Positions 30,607 to 43,155 of a stretch of 64,000 nucleotides of DNA are shown in pieces. The first letter of the stretch is position 1. Every line of letters starts with the position of its first letter. The position numbers were made by a program, and so were the translations under genes. Origin of the DNA: Octopus sinensis (taxonomy: Eukaryota); the NCBI RefSeq assembly GCF_006345805.1, contig NC_043020.1, positions 23,870,001 through 23,934,000 on the forward strand, read 5' to 3'. The notes beneath the pieces are model-generated. The model worked only from the letters and a program-made list of their open reading frames with translations. It had not been told where the DNA came from and searched no databases.

Positions 30607-31615
30607 TTGCAATTCTAATCAGGATCTTTATAATAATATATACGAAAAATTAAAATCCGCCTTTGCTTGTCAAAGAAGAATACACACACAGACAAACAGA
30701 CAGACACACACACACACGTACATACACACATACACATACACATGCACACTCGATGTTATTTATCATTTTATAAGTCTTTCTTTTATTTTTTTGTTTTTAT
30801 TTATTTATTTATTTTCATGTAAGAACTTTCTCGTAATTTTCTTCTTCGACACTGAACAAAACAATAAGATTAAAGAGGAAAGATAAAACAACAAAACGAA
30901 ATGATTAAAAAAAAAACACCCACCCCCCGCGAAAATAAAAGAAGGATTAAAAGGAAAGAACAAACAAAAAAAATGGAGATGAAACAAAAATTACAAAAAA
31001 AAAAACAACTTAAAAGCAAAAGACACAACTCAAAAACCAAAAAAACCCAACACAACCCTAAAAACACTCCCCACAATAAAAAGATAAATAAAAATAAATT
31101 AAAATAATAAAATAAAAATTGGAATCGAAAACCGAAGGCAGGGAAATGAAACAAAAATAAAAAATAAAATTATAAAAGGTAAACAAAAATGTTTTTACAT
31201 ATATAACGATATATATATATAAATGTATATATATATAAATGTATATAAAAACATATATATAGTAATATATAGATATCTGCATATGTATGCATGTATGTAT
31301 ATCTTATGTATGTATGTATGTCATTACATGTGCATACGCGAGAAGAGCAAAGTCATGAATTTCGAAGAATTTGTTGTACGAGTAAGTTAATAGTAACTAA
31401 TTTTATTGACTGGGCTTGTCTGACTTTTAAGCGTAGAGCGCGCACGTGCGTGTGTGTGTGAGTGTGCGTGTGTGTGTGAGAGAGAGTGTGTGTGTGCATG
31501 TGCGTGCGTGTGTATGTGGGTATGCGTGCGTGTGATGGAGTATGATGTGATGTGTATAGACATATACATGCACACATATACGTATGTATATGTATAAATT
31601 TGAATAAGGTTTGTA

Positions 31616-31656
<41 letters not shown>

Positions 31657-31685
31657 TATACATACATACAATACATACATGTATG

Positions 31686-31717
<32 letters not shown>

Positions 31718-32282
31718 AGTGTGTGTGTGATTATGTGTTGTTGTTGGTGAGTATATTGAAGTGCATGTATGTGAGTGTGCGTGGGTGGGTGTAATAGTGA
31801 AACAAAAGAGAAGAAAGAATGGAAGACAGAGAGAGAGAGAGAGAGGGGGGGAGGGGGGAGAGAGAGAGGTGATGCAGAGAAGAAAAGAGATTTGTATTGC
31901 CTTTATCAGATGGACGTGTCTGGTATAATAAGGATTTCAATAAAAAAAAAGAAACTAAAATAAGAAATAGTAAAAAACAAAATTAAAAAGTAACTAGTGA
32001 TCAAAAAGTAAAACAAAAAACATAACAAAAGAAATCCCTCAGAAGCCAAAAAGAAAAAATGATGAGTTGGAAAGAAGAGGTTAAATATTGGTATTTAAGC
32101 CCCGTGCTCAGTACTAGTGACGTGATGAATATAATTAGTGAGAGATTTAGAATATAAAGTAAAAAATAAAATCGTTTGATTTATTTGTTTTAAGTGTTAG
32201 CTAAGTTAGTTAAGTTTTTCCCCCCTTATCATTTCAGTAGTATCCATCGAAGGGTGGTCATTCGCACACACACATCAACATA

Positions 32283-32482
32283 GGCGTGGTGGTGTAGAAA
32301 GAAGCTTGCTTCTCAACCATATGGTTTTGGGTTCAGTCCTACTGCGTGGCACCTTGAGCAAGTGTCTTCTGCTATAGCCTCGTGTCGACCAAAGCTTTGT
32401 GAGTGGATTTGGTTGACGGAAACTGGAAGAAGCTCGTTGTATACATATATGCATATATTATTTGTGTGGTTGTCTCATTGTG

Positions 32483-32515
<33 letters not shown>

Positions 32516-32772
32516 TTATATATATATATATATAAATGCGTGTGTGTGTAGGTGTGTGTGCTTGTCTGAGTGTCTTTATGTCTGTTTGTTCCTACCACTG
32601 CTTGACAACAGGTGGTAGTGTGTTTACGTCCCCGTAACTTAGTGGTTCGGCAAAAGATGCCGATAGAACAAGTACTATGCTTACAAAGAATAAATCCTGG
32701 GGTCGACTTCTTCAACTAAAAAACCCTTTAAGACCTTGCTCCAGCAAGGCCAGAGTCAAATGACTAAAAGAA
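32283..32772 (+). mobile_element. SINE family A, near complete
   Basis: Head, central TA/TG tract and tail all present. Confidence 0.85.
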
Positions 32773-32889
32773 TATATAATTTTTATACAATTATATATAT
32801 TAGATGCATATATGTACATATGTATATGTGTATACATATATTTACACACACACACACACACACGCACACACACATATATATATATATAC

Positions 32890-33180
32890 ACCGCTAAGTT
32901 AATGGACGCGAAAGCACCAGCACCAGTTGTCAAGTGGTGGTGATGGTGGTGGTGGTGGGAGGACAAACACAGACGCAAACACGCACACACACACACACAC
33001 ATACACACACACACACATATATATATATATAATATATATATATACGACAGGCTTCTCTCAGTTTCCGTCGACCAAATGCACTCACAAAGCTTTGATCGTC
33101 CCGAGGCTATAGTAGAAGACACTCGCTATAGGTGTCACGCAGTGGGACTGAACCCGGAATCATGAGGTTGGGAAGAACTC
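32890..33180 (-). mobile_element. SINE family A, inverted, partial
   Basis: tctcagtttccgtcgaccaaatgcactcacaaagc..gcagtgggactgaacccgg is the reverse complement of the family A head. Confidence 0.8.
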
Positions 33181-33248
33181 TCTTTATCGTTTATTAACCG
33201 TCTTTCGTCACCTATACCAGTTGCATACATACTTGAAGCTTGCTAACT

Positions 33249-33320
33249 TCGGATCATACCACCCTATATGTATCGGATCATACCACCCTATATGTATCGG
33301 ATCATACCACCCTATATGTA
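33249..33320. repeat. Perfect 24-bp unit x3 (tcggatcataccaccctatatgta)
   Basis: Units at 33249, 33273, 33297; no spacers. Confidence 0.95.
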
Positions 33321-33330
33321 TAAGCATGTA

Positions 33331-33535
33331 TACGATGTGGGAGGGGTGAAAAGTTCCTGGATTTGGATAAAAGAAAATAGAAAAGGATCAGTTAATTATG
33401 ATTTTATTCAATATATTCCCCTCTTTGATTCACTCACTTATTGCAGTGGTCCTTCAGCTTTTCTGTGCCCTGTAAGATAACTCAGAAGTTTGGGCCTCCA
33501 ACCAGGGCTTACGCGGTGCCCTTGAAGGCAGGGAC
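33331..33535 (-). mobile_element. Mariner right end (TIR plus transposase C-terminus relic)
   Basis: tacga..gtgaaaagttcctgg TIR-like end; minus strand resembles the mariner C-terminus (WLEAQ..KDHCNK..EYIE*). Confidence 0.65.
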
Positions 33536-33559
33536 TTCTCAATAGCCCCATATATATTG

Positions 33560-33750
33560 ATCGCCACCAAACCATTTTCCATTTTCTCTCCCTGTTTATT
33601 TCTGTGTTCCTTTCTGTTAAAGAGCGTATGCTCGAAACGTAAAAGGCTTTCTCACTTCCCGAGCATTAAACCAAAACATCTGTTTGTTGTTTACAAACCC
33701 GTCTTCGTCTTTTGTTTTGTTTTTTTTTCTTTGTAAATTCTAACTATATA
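33560..33750 (+). mobile_element. HHR repeat family A, copy 4 (HHR 33609-33646, core CUGUUAA)
   Basis: ccuuu-cuguuaa-a-gagc guau gcuc-gaaacgua-aaagg. Confidence 0.75.
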
Positions 33751-33878
33751 TAAATATATCGTGAAGTAAGCGTTAACATGCTTCATGTACCAAGCACGAT
33801 AACGTTTTATTAATGAAACTCTACGTATCCAGATGAACAAACATTGCTGATCAAAGCTTAACCAACATTAATAGGCTC

Positions 33879-33946
<68 letters not shown>

Positions 33947-33947
<1 letters not shown>

Positions 33948-35644
33948 TCTATCTGATATGCTAAATAGAACTGGATGCGGATATAAATGTTACGGCAAAA
34001 CGATCAGCCACCTTTTATATATGGATGACCTAAAACTATACGCTGCAAATGACAAACAGCTGGAAACACTATTAAAGACAGTTCATGGATTTACCAAAGA
34101 AATAGAAATGAAAAGAGGAAAACTAGTTAAGAGTAGTAACATCACACTAGATAAAACCAATGAAATAAAAGAATTAGACCAAAGCCAAACTTACAAATAC
34201 TTAGGAATCCATGAACTAGATAAGACACAACACACACAAATGAAAGAGAAAATAAAAAAGAATATTATAGACGAGTTAGATCAATACTAAAAACAGAGCT
34301 CAATGCTAAAAACAAGATAATAGGTATTAACACTTTAGCTGTCTCAGTTATAAGTTACAGCTACAATATCCTTAACTGGACACTAAATGAACTGACCAAA
34401 ATAGATAGGAAAACAAGAAAAATAATGACAGGGTCTAGGATGCATCACCCAAAATCCGACATAGAAAGACTATCTATACAACGTATAGAAGGTGGTAGAG
34501 GCCTTATACAGCTGGAAAACTACTATAAAATAACCACCATAGGACTGCAAAAATATCTACTTCAGAAGGAAGGAAAACTGATACAAATAGCGGCAAAACA
34601 CGAGCAAAACAAAAAAAAACTGTTCTCAGTATTTAAGGAAGCTGACAAATACAAACAAGAAATCATACCACCTAATAAATATGAAGAAGAAGAAGAAGAA
34701 GAAAATGAAGAAACAACAAAAGCTATAAAACAAATGAAATCCAACTAAAAACAGAACAGCAACGAACCATGATAAAACGATGGCAAGAAAAGCCCCTTCA
34801 TGGTAAATACTGGACTAAACTAAACGCAAAAGAAATAGACAAAGAAAAATCCCAGCAATGGTTGAGAAGCTCAGGACTCAAAGCAGAGACAGAGGGAGTT
34901 TTAATTGCAGCACAAGACCAAAGCCTCCCCACCAGAAATTACCAAAAACATGTAATGAAAAGAAATATAACAAGTAACTGCAGAATATGTGGAGATGGAC
35001 AAGAAACAATAAATCATATTATCTCTGGCTGCCCAGTCCTAGCTAAGAAGGAATATATTCACAGACATGACAGAGTTGGAACCTACATACAATGGAAGCT
35101 ATGCCAACATTATAGAATAACAACAGAAAAAAGATGGTATAGGCACACACCAGAAAAGGTCACAGAAAACGAGAAAGCAACCATACTCTGGGATATGCCG
35201 ATACACACAGATAGAGAAATTAAGGCCAACAGACCAGATATAGTTGTCAGAGATCATGAAGAAAAAAATGCTTTCTAATTGATGTATCAATACCGGCAGA
35301 TGACAACGTGTCTCTAAAAGAAATGGAGAAACTCTCAAAATACAAAGACCTGGAAATAGAGGTAACTAGAATGTGGAATCTGAAAACAGAAACAATTCCT
35401 ATCATAGTAGGTGCATTAGGCATGATAAAAAAATATTCAGACAAATACATAACAAAAACACCAGGACTTACAAACACATATAACATACAGAAAATTGCAC
35501 TACTAGGCACTGCACACATCCTACGCAGAACACTTTCCATACAATAACCATCAGAGCATCACAACAAATCACAGCACATACCTAAGGCACACAGAGCTGC
35601 GCTCGGTAGTGAAGTGAAAGCACACTATAAAAATAAAACTACTG
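33947..35644 (+). mobile_element. 5'-truncated R4/Dong-type retrotransposon (RT end, CCHC finger, RLE), frameshifted, inside (TAA)n
   Basis: ISHLLYMDDLKLYA, EGGRGL, CRICGDGQETINHIISGC, RPDIVV..IDVSIP..KEMEKLSKY, GALG, ALLGTAHILR; (TAA)n at 33879-33946 and 35645-35665. Confidence 0.92.
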
Positions 35645-35764
35645 AATGATAATAATAATAATAATGACGATGGTGATAATGATGCTGCTGCTGCTGATGA
35701 TGGTGATGATAAGAGGAAGAATATAAACCTGAAAGAATTTTATATAACAGAGACTAGATTAATT

Positions 35765-35940
35765 AAAACCGGAAATGGGATTTGCAGCGAAGGGAATCAT
35801 AAATTTGTTGAACAATGAGTAGTAACTACAGATCCCTATATTTCCGGTTTACTATGTAACTACTTAAAGACCAATCAGCGTTAGCATCCTGGTTGCGCAG
35901 TGGCAGTCTGTTCTCACTGTTCAGTTTGTCGGGGTACGTG
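35765..35940 (+). promoter_or_regulatory. Candidate housekeeping-type promoter with short first exon and splice donor
   Basis: ETS ACCGGAAAT 35768-35776 and inverted 35840-35848; ACTACAnnTCCC (ZNF143/THAP11-type) about 35825-35836; GACCAATCAG at 35869-35878; TCAGTT at 35921; GG|GTACGT donor at 35934. Confidence 0.5.
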
Positions 35941-36330
35941 TTGTTATTGCCGTTGTTGCTGTTGCTTGGCCGCTACTTCTCGGGACGGCAGATCAGTAGA
36001 ATCGTTACAGAATAAAATGGAAAGGCTTTTTAGTATTTATACTTTTTTGGCGCTGCGCCTCGAGTTCAAACCTTGCTGAGTTCAACCTTATTTTATCGTT
36101 TCTGGGTCTACAAAATAAAGTAGCACTCTTAGATAGCAGACTAACGGAACTGTGAGTGAATATGGTTGACGGAAACTGAGAGAAGCCCGTCGAATATATA
36201 TTTGTGTGTGTATGTGTGTGTGTGTCTCTGTGTCTGTGTTTGTCCCCTCCCCACCCCTTGACAACCGGTGCCGGTGTGTTCATGTCCACGTAACTTAACG
36301 GTCTCGAAAACGATAGAATAAGTACCAGGC

Positions 36331-36440
<110 letters not shown>

Positions 36441-37229
36441 CATGTATATATGTGCGCGCGTGTGTTTGTGTGTGTGTCCATGGCTCTAAGGTGTTTTAAC
36501 ATCGGTGACATGTGAGTTACGAGTTCCGGCCCTACTGGTTTTTGGTTATTGGATTCTCACACCATCACCTTTGTTCTTTTGGGTGTCATAATTAGGGTTC
36601 AATATGCTGTAAGAATTTTGGCAAGATCTCCCATTCAGAACAAACCCCTGCCTGTCGCTTTCGGATACTCTGAAATAAAGGACCACAAACCCTGCCCTGT
36701 TTTTGGTGACCATCTATTTAGTAATTTAATCAGACTAAAATATGTCAGGGACAAATTAGACTTTTTTTTTAAAGATTGTAAAGCCGAATGTGAGGCGTAT
36801 TTCGCAGTTATTTCTAGCTTGCTTCAGTAACCTGGTAGTGGCTCTTTTATTGATTATACAGACCCCGTCACGAATCCTTATCCATTCACACTCCAGAAGG
36901 TCTTCAACAAATACAATACTTACTGTTTCTGTACTTGGCTGAGTTGTTTGGTGGTGGGAAACATTCCAGTTATGTTTCGGCTTTCAGGGGTGATTGCTAA
37001 GGTTTATAAAGATTTTCTCTAATTCCTGGTCATTCAAGATGGAGTCTAGTTGTGACATTCCAATACTGACCAACATGTCCGATAAGGAGACATTGTGTGC
37101 CTAAGATTATATTATACAATGTTCTCTTCTGTTTAAAAGAAGATTCATATGACATTGTAACGTGTGACTTAAGGGAGGTTTCGCTGTTATTTTCAGTAGG
37201 ACGGGACACTTCAGTGGTGTACATAATAC

Positions 37230-37405
37230 TGCTGTTGCTGCTGCAGCTGATGATGATAGTGATGATGGTAATGGTGATAACAATGATGATGATGACGATG
37301 ATGATGACGATGATGATGGCTTGCGATGATCATGATGGTGATGATGATGGTGATGATGGTGATGATGATGGTGATGATGATGGTGATGATGGTGATGATG
37401 ATGGC

Positions 37406-37436
<31 letters not shown>

Positions 37437-38620
37437 GTGATGGTGATGAGAAGGAGGAGGAGGTTGAACTTGATGACGATGATGATGATGGCAATGGTTG
37501 TAGTGATGATGATTAAATAAGTGTTGTGAAGCTTTAAGACAGGAACAAGAAAGGAATACCAACAACAATATATACAACAACAACAACAACAGCAAGATGA
37601 ACAGCAACAACAACAACAACAGCGTTTATTACAAGGAAAACTAAGACAAAAAGATTTAACAACAAAAGAAAACTAAAAAATAACGATTCCAGAAACAAAA
37701 TGGCTGAATAAACATGAAATAAATCCAGGGGATTTACAGTTTTAATTGCTTGGTGGTGGTATTGGAGGTGGTGGCAGTGCTAGTAGTGGTGGTAGTGGTG
37801 GTATTGATGATATTGGTGGGGGTAGTGGGGGTGGTGGTATTAATGGAGGGGGTGGTGGCAGTGCTGGTAGTGGTGATAGTAGTGGTATTGATGATATTGG
37901 TGGTGGCATGGTGGTGGTAGTAGTGTTGGTGGTGGTATAGGTGGAGGGGTGGTGGTAGTGGTGGTATTGGTGGTAGAGTTGGTGGATGTGGTTCTGGTAG
38001 TGGTTGTGGTAGTGGTGTTGCTGTTGCTGGAACTGGTCAGGATAGTGATGATCGGAGTGATGGTGGTCGCAGTAGCAGTGACGGTGGTATTGGTGGAGGC
38101 TGTGTTTGTGGTATTGATGTTGTTGGTAGTAGTGAATTTGATGTTATTGTCGTTGTTACTGGAGTTACTAAGGATAGTAGCGATCAGTGTGATGATGATG
38201 ATGGTGATTATAGTGATGATGGTGGTGGTATGGTGTTGATGGTAGTAGTGTTGGTGATATTGCTGTAGGAGGTGTTAATAATGATGGTGGCGGTAGTGGT
38301 GTTGGTGTTGTCGGCGGTGTTCGTAGTGTTGTCGTGGCACTGGTTGTAATGATGGCGGTGGTAATGATGATGATAACGGTGCTGGAGGCTGGAGGCGATG
38401 ATGGTATTGGTTGCGATGGTGAATGTGGCGGCAGTGGTCGCAGTGGTGGTTAAGCAGATAAACATGGTCATTGTAGTAATGGCAAAGGGGACGGTATGGC
38501 GGTGGTAGTGTGGTGGCGACGATTGTAATAGTGGTGGTGGTAAAGGCGGTGGTGGCTGTGGAGGTAGTGTTAGCATTGGTGATGTGGTGGTGGCGATGGT
38601 GTTGCTGTGAGGTTGCTGAC
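37230..38620. repeat. GAT/GGT/AAC simple-repeat mosaic; further (CAT)n/(TAT)n tract at 39330-39969
   Basis: Direct reading. Confidence 0.9.
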
Positions 38621-38735
38621 AGGGTAGTATTATTGCTGGTTTCTTGTGATGGGGTACACGACCACCCCATTACATCGACTGTACACCCGTTTAGCATACA
38701 GAATGCCAGTTAATCTTTAAGGATCGTTAGCCACG

Positions 38736-39020
38736 GGCGTGGTTGTGTGGTAAGAAGCTTGCTTGCCAACCACACGGTTCCGGGTTCAGTTCCAGTGCAT
38801 TGCCCCTTGGGCAAGGTTCTTCTACTATAGCCTCGTGAGTGGATATGGTAGATGGAAACTGAAAAAAGCCCGTCGTATATAGCTCTGTTTTCTAGCAATG
38901 TAGGTGTTTTCTAACATCCTAGTCGCATTTGTGACATTTGTAATTCTCTTTTTTTGGTGAAACTTTAAGGCGGTGCTCCAGCATGACGACAGTCATATGA
39001 CTGAAACAAATAAAGGAGTT
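38736..39020 (+). mobile_element. SINE family A (head 38736-38880, tail remnant about 38966-39020)
   Basis: ggcgtggttgtgtggtaagaagcttgcttgccaaccacacggttccgggttcagttcc. Confidence 0.8.
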
Positions 39021-39531
39021 AAAAAGTAAGGTGGTGCCCCAGTATTTTTGGCGAAAAAAGGGAAAATCACTTATCTTTTCTATTTTAGGCACAAGGCCAT
39101 AAATGTTATTGGGTGGGTTGGGGGACAGTCAATTACATTGACCCTGATACATGACTGGTACTTATTGTATTGACCCAGAAAGGATGAAAGGGAAAAGTCG
39201 ACGTCGACGGGATTTGATTTGAAAACGTAAAATCTTCATGAGAAAAGAATAAGTCAAAAAGTCGACGAGATGGTCAGAGATGAAGCGCTTTTAATTACGG
39301 ATGTTGTCAATGAACACTAATCTGGATTTAAGCAACAACAACAACAGCAGCAGCATCAATAGTAATAAGTGCAACAACGGCAACAAGCGTAACAACATGA
39401 ACAACAACAATATCATCAGCAACAAAATGTAACAATGAAAGCAGCAGCAGCATTACCACCATCATCATCATCATTGCCATCATCACCATCATAATCATCA
39501 TCATCATCATCATTGCCATCATCACCATCAT

Positions 39532-39562
<31 letters not shown>

Positions 39563-39684
39563 GTCATCATCATCATCATCATCATCATTGCCATCTTCAA
39601 CCTCCTCCTCCTCATCATCATCATAATCATCACCATCATCATCATTGCCATCATCATCATCATCGCCATCATCATCATCATTGC

Positions 39685-39723
<39 letters not shown>

Positions 39724-39927
39724 CATCCTCATCATAATCTTCACCATCATCATCATAATCATCATCATCATCATCGTCATAAGTAACAGTAGCAGCAGCA
39801 GCAGCAGCAATAGCTATGTCATGATTCTTATCGTCACGGCCCGGGTCATCCTCATAATTACAATCCTCACCTCCACCACCACCACCACCATCCTGCTACT
39901 CCTATTATTTTATTATTATTATTATTA

Positions 39928-39969
<42 letters not shown>

Positions 39970-41139
39970 GTTTGACTTTTGCTTTACATTTGCACAAGCT
40001 GGCTCCAAGTCTCACCCAGAGACCAAGAGACACCAAGTTGGAAGTTCATATTGGTGTTATGCCTAGGGTGCCATATATTTGGTTTTGTACTTAGTGTTGT
40101 ACTAGTGAATGTCTAAATAAAAAATATACGAAAATTGTTTGTTTTAAAACTTGAGATTACATAGAAAGTATTTTGCGTAGGATATGAGCACTATCTTTTG
40201 AATTTCTGCCATTTTGGGGTTTCCTGGTATCTGAGCTATGTAGCAATCAGCCCCTATTGCCATCATTCCCAGGGCACCTATGACAACAGGTATTGTTTTA
40301 GTTTTCAAGTTCCACATTTTTCTGATTTCTATTTCAAGATCTTTATATTTGCTCAGTTTCTGGTAGGTCTTGACAGATACGTTTATATCGATTGGGATAG
40401 TCATATCAATGAGGAGGCATGTTTTTGTCTGAAGTCTTTTACTATGGTGTCTGGCCTATTCGCATCTATCTTTCGGTCAGTTTGAATGGTGAAGTTCCAG
40501 AGGAGTGAGATGTGGTCATTTTCAAGCACTGGAGGTGGTTTGTGTTCCCACCAGTCTTTATCATGGGGCAAGTCCAAGCTTTTGCAAATTACCCAGTGAA
40601 TATATTGTGCAGCTCTATCATGCCTGTTGAGGTACTCTGTAGGCACAAGAAGACTGCACTTAGAGACAACATGATCAATGGTTTCATTTTGTTGTTGACA
40701 TACACGACATGTAGGGTTACTGCCGTTCTTTAATATGTTGGCCTGGTAGTTCCTTGTAGGTAGGCATTGATCTTGAGCTGCTATGATAAACCCTTCTGTT
40801 TCAGATTTTAAGCCAGAGGCTATTAGCCATTGATGGGTCAGGGCTTTGTCAACATCTGCATTATTCGCTCTCTTTCGGTATTTGCCATTGAGAGGTTTTC
40901 AGAATATCTAAGGCAGCAGTTTTAGCACAGGTTTTCATGCGCTTAGCTTTTTCTGTGTTTGTTTCTTGTATGTCTAATTCCAAAATGTGTTGTATTTGGA
41001 ATTCACTTAGATATTCCTTAGCCTGTTTTGTTACTGAGTATGATGCTTTCTTGTTTTCATGTTTTGAGATAAGTTTTAAACATCCAGTCCTCAGAGTTTT
41101 TCAGGTAGGTGTTTTGAGACAAGTTTTAACATCCAGTCC
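39970..41139 (-). mobile_element. Second R4/Dong-type family, 5'-truncated, between (AAT)n and (GAT/AAT)n
   Basis: CRVCQQQNETIDHVVSKC, RHDRAAQYIHW, RPDTIVKD, IDMTIP, QKLSKYKDLEIEI, GALG; about 20-bp duplication at the 5' junction (41071-41090 / 41121-41139). Confidence 0.9.
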
Positions 41140-41270
41140 CATCATCATCATCATCATCATCATTATTATTATTATTATCATCCTCATCATCCTCATCATC
41201 CTCATCATCCTCATCATCCTCATCATCAACATCATTATTATTATTGTTGCTGTTGTTGTTGTTGTTGTTG

Positions 41271-41450
41271 TTTTACTTCTCAGAGCGCTCGCTTTTGTTT
41301 GGTCTGGTTGATTCTGTGAGAGCGGACAACAGCCTGTCGTCAAAGGTCTCACAGCGACACTTTCCGCTCATAATAATCTTTGATAATTGGTTGTTAATTA
41401 CTGTGGAAGACATTCAACACTAAAGTACCAATCTCAGAACCCTAGCTGCT
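41271..41450 (-). mobile_element. R4/Dong-type 3' end (same family as 19070-19345)
   Basis: ggttgttaatt..gacattcaacac..caatctcagaaccctagctg matches the 19070 copy; 3' end runs into (AAC/AAT)n. Confidence 0.6.
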
Positions 41451-42968
41451 AGAGTTAATTACAACTGAAATTTCCTATCATCATCACACCAAGTTTCGCT
41501 TTACCGATTTTGACACAAGTAACATTTTGCCATAATGTATATACTCATATAAAACACATCTTTCCTCAGCACATATATTTAATTAAACACACGCGAGCAA
41601 GGAAAAAACAACACAAAAGCAGAAACAAAACAGACTAATGCTATCCTGTCACTGTACATCTGGATACTAAAAAAAAAATGAATGTACGACGTACGTTACT
41701 TTAACATTGAGTGCGGTTGAGTTTGCCAAGTCATATTGTGGATTACACAAATCGTGGTACTTACGCAACTCTGGAAATAATTTCATATTGACATCACTTT
41801 ATACTTGTTAAATACTAGAACGGAATTCGTATTGAAGTGTCACCACTGTAATATATTCATTTTGAAAATCTTTAGTTTGCTCGAATACTGAAGATATCAC
41901 TGTGTTATTAGATGGAATATCTCTGAAAAATTCTTGGAAAGTTTTGGCAAGTTTCTTGAAGTGCTTTAAATATATTTTGAATAGTTAGTATTCTTCTTGC
42001 TTCTTGGAATCTTTGCATGTGAAAGGCTCTCTGTTAGCTAATTCTTAAGAAAACTGCAGACGTTAGTTAAACTTATTTGTTCTCGTTCAATAATAGGAAA
42101 AAAAAGATCTTGAATATGCTTTGCTTATTGAATTTTGTGCAGCATTTTATTTAAGCACTGCTCAACAGCTTTCCCTTCGGCTGTCAATATATGTATGCCT
42201 CTCTCTCTCTCTCTCTCAACCTCTCTTTTTATTCTTCATTTATCGTATTGGAACTTCTCAATGTTCTTATATTTAACCTATTCTTCAACTGTTATGTAAA
42301 ATCGTGAGTCTATTTCTCTCCGTTTCCTTACATTCACTTCTCCGTCTCTTTACCATTTCCCTTATTTGGCTGCTTTCCCTTCTCCCCTTTGGTCTGGAAT
42401 TTATCGCTTTATATATCTTTGCATAGTCTTATTATTTTCCCTCCTTCCTTATGCTTCAATATATATATCTGTATATTCTTGAATTTTTGCATATTTGACA
42501 AAGTTATAAGGATAGAAGTAAAACTACAAAAACAAAAAAAACAAACACAAAAAATATTAATTCTAAACCACCCGGAAAATTCTAAGTAGAGATAAATACC
42601 CGGATGTAGAGAGAAGAAAAAAGATATTGAGAGATTTGAAGGAAATGGTAGAGGAAAAGGAAGGAAAACGTATGATTTAGATAAACGATTGAAAAGATTG
42701 AAAAGAGAAAGAAAAATACAGGTGAGGGCAAAGTACTGAAAGAAAATGACTAAAGAAGAATAAAAGGTAAATATTAGTCGATGTGTGTGTGTGTGTGTGT
42801 GTGTTATTATTCTAGTTTTAGTTTTAGATTTTCCATGAAATGGAGAAAGAGCCGGCTTCTAACCTAGATTCAAGGTTCCTTCATTGGAATTTTAACTTCA
42901 GCAGAATAGTCGTGCATGTAAGTGTGTATGGTGTAAGTATTAGGTGTCAATGCGTGTAGATCTTGCTT

Positions 42969-43066
<98 letters not shown>

Positions 43067-43115
43067 TATAATATATATATATATATAGTCAACCAGATAT
43101 GCACTTGACCGTAGG

Positions 43116-43155
43116 ACGCATGCATTTCGGCGCTCTTACGCTTCATCAGTTGCGT
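43116..43155 (-). ncRNA. Minimal hammerhead motif with canonical core, partly decayed
   Basis: ACGCA-A-CUGAUGA-AGCG UAAGAG CGCC-GAAAUGCA-UGCGU; helix I 5 bp with one extra A; helix III AUGC instead of ACGU. Confidence 0.5.

Noticed and set aside
33249-33320. CRISPR-like 24-bp repeats
   Set aside because: No spacers, no cas genes, eukaryotic context
36500-37200. Unique-looking segment with short ORFs (36549..36830 and others)
   Set aside because: No recognisable motif on either strand; may be an old retroelement relic
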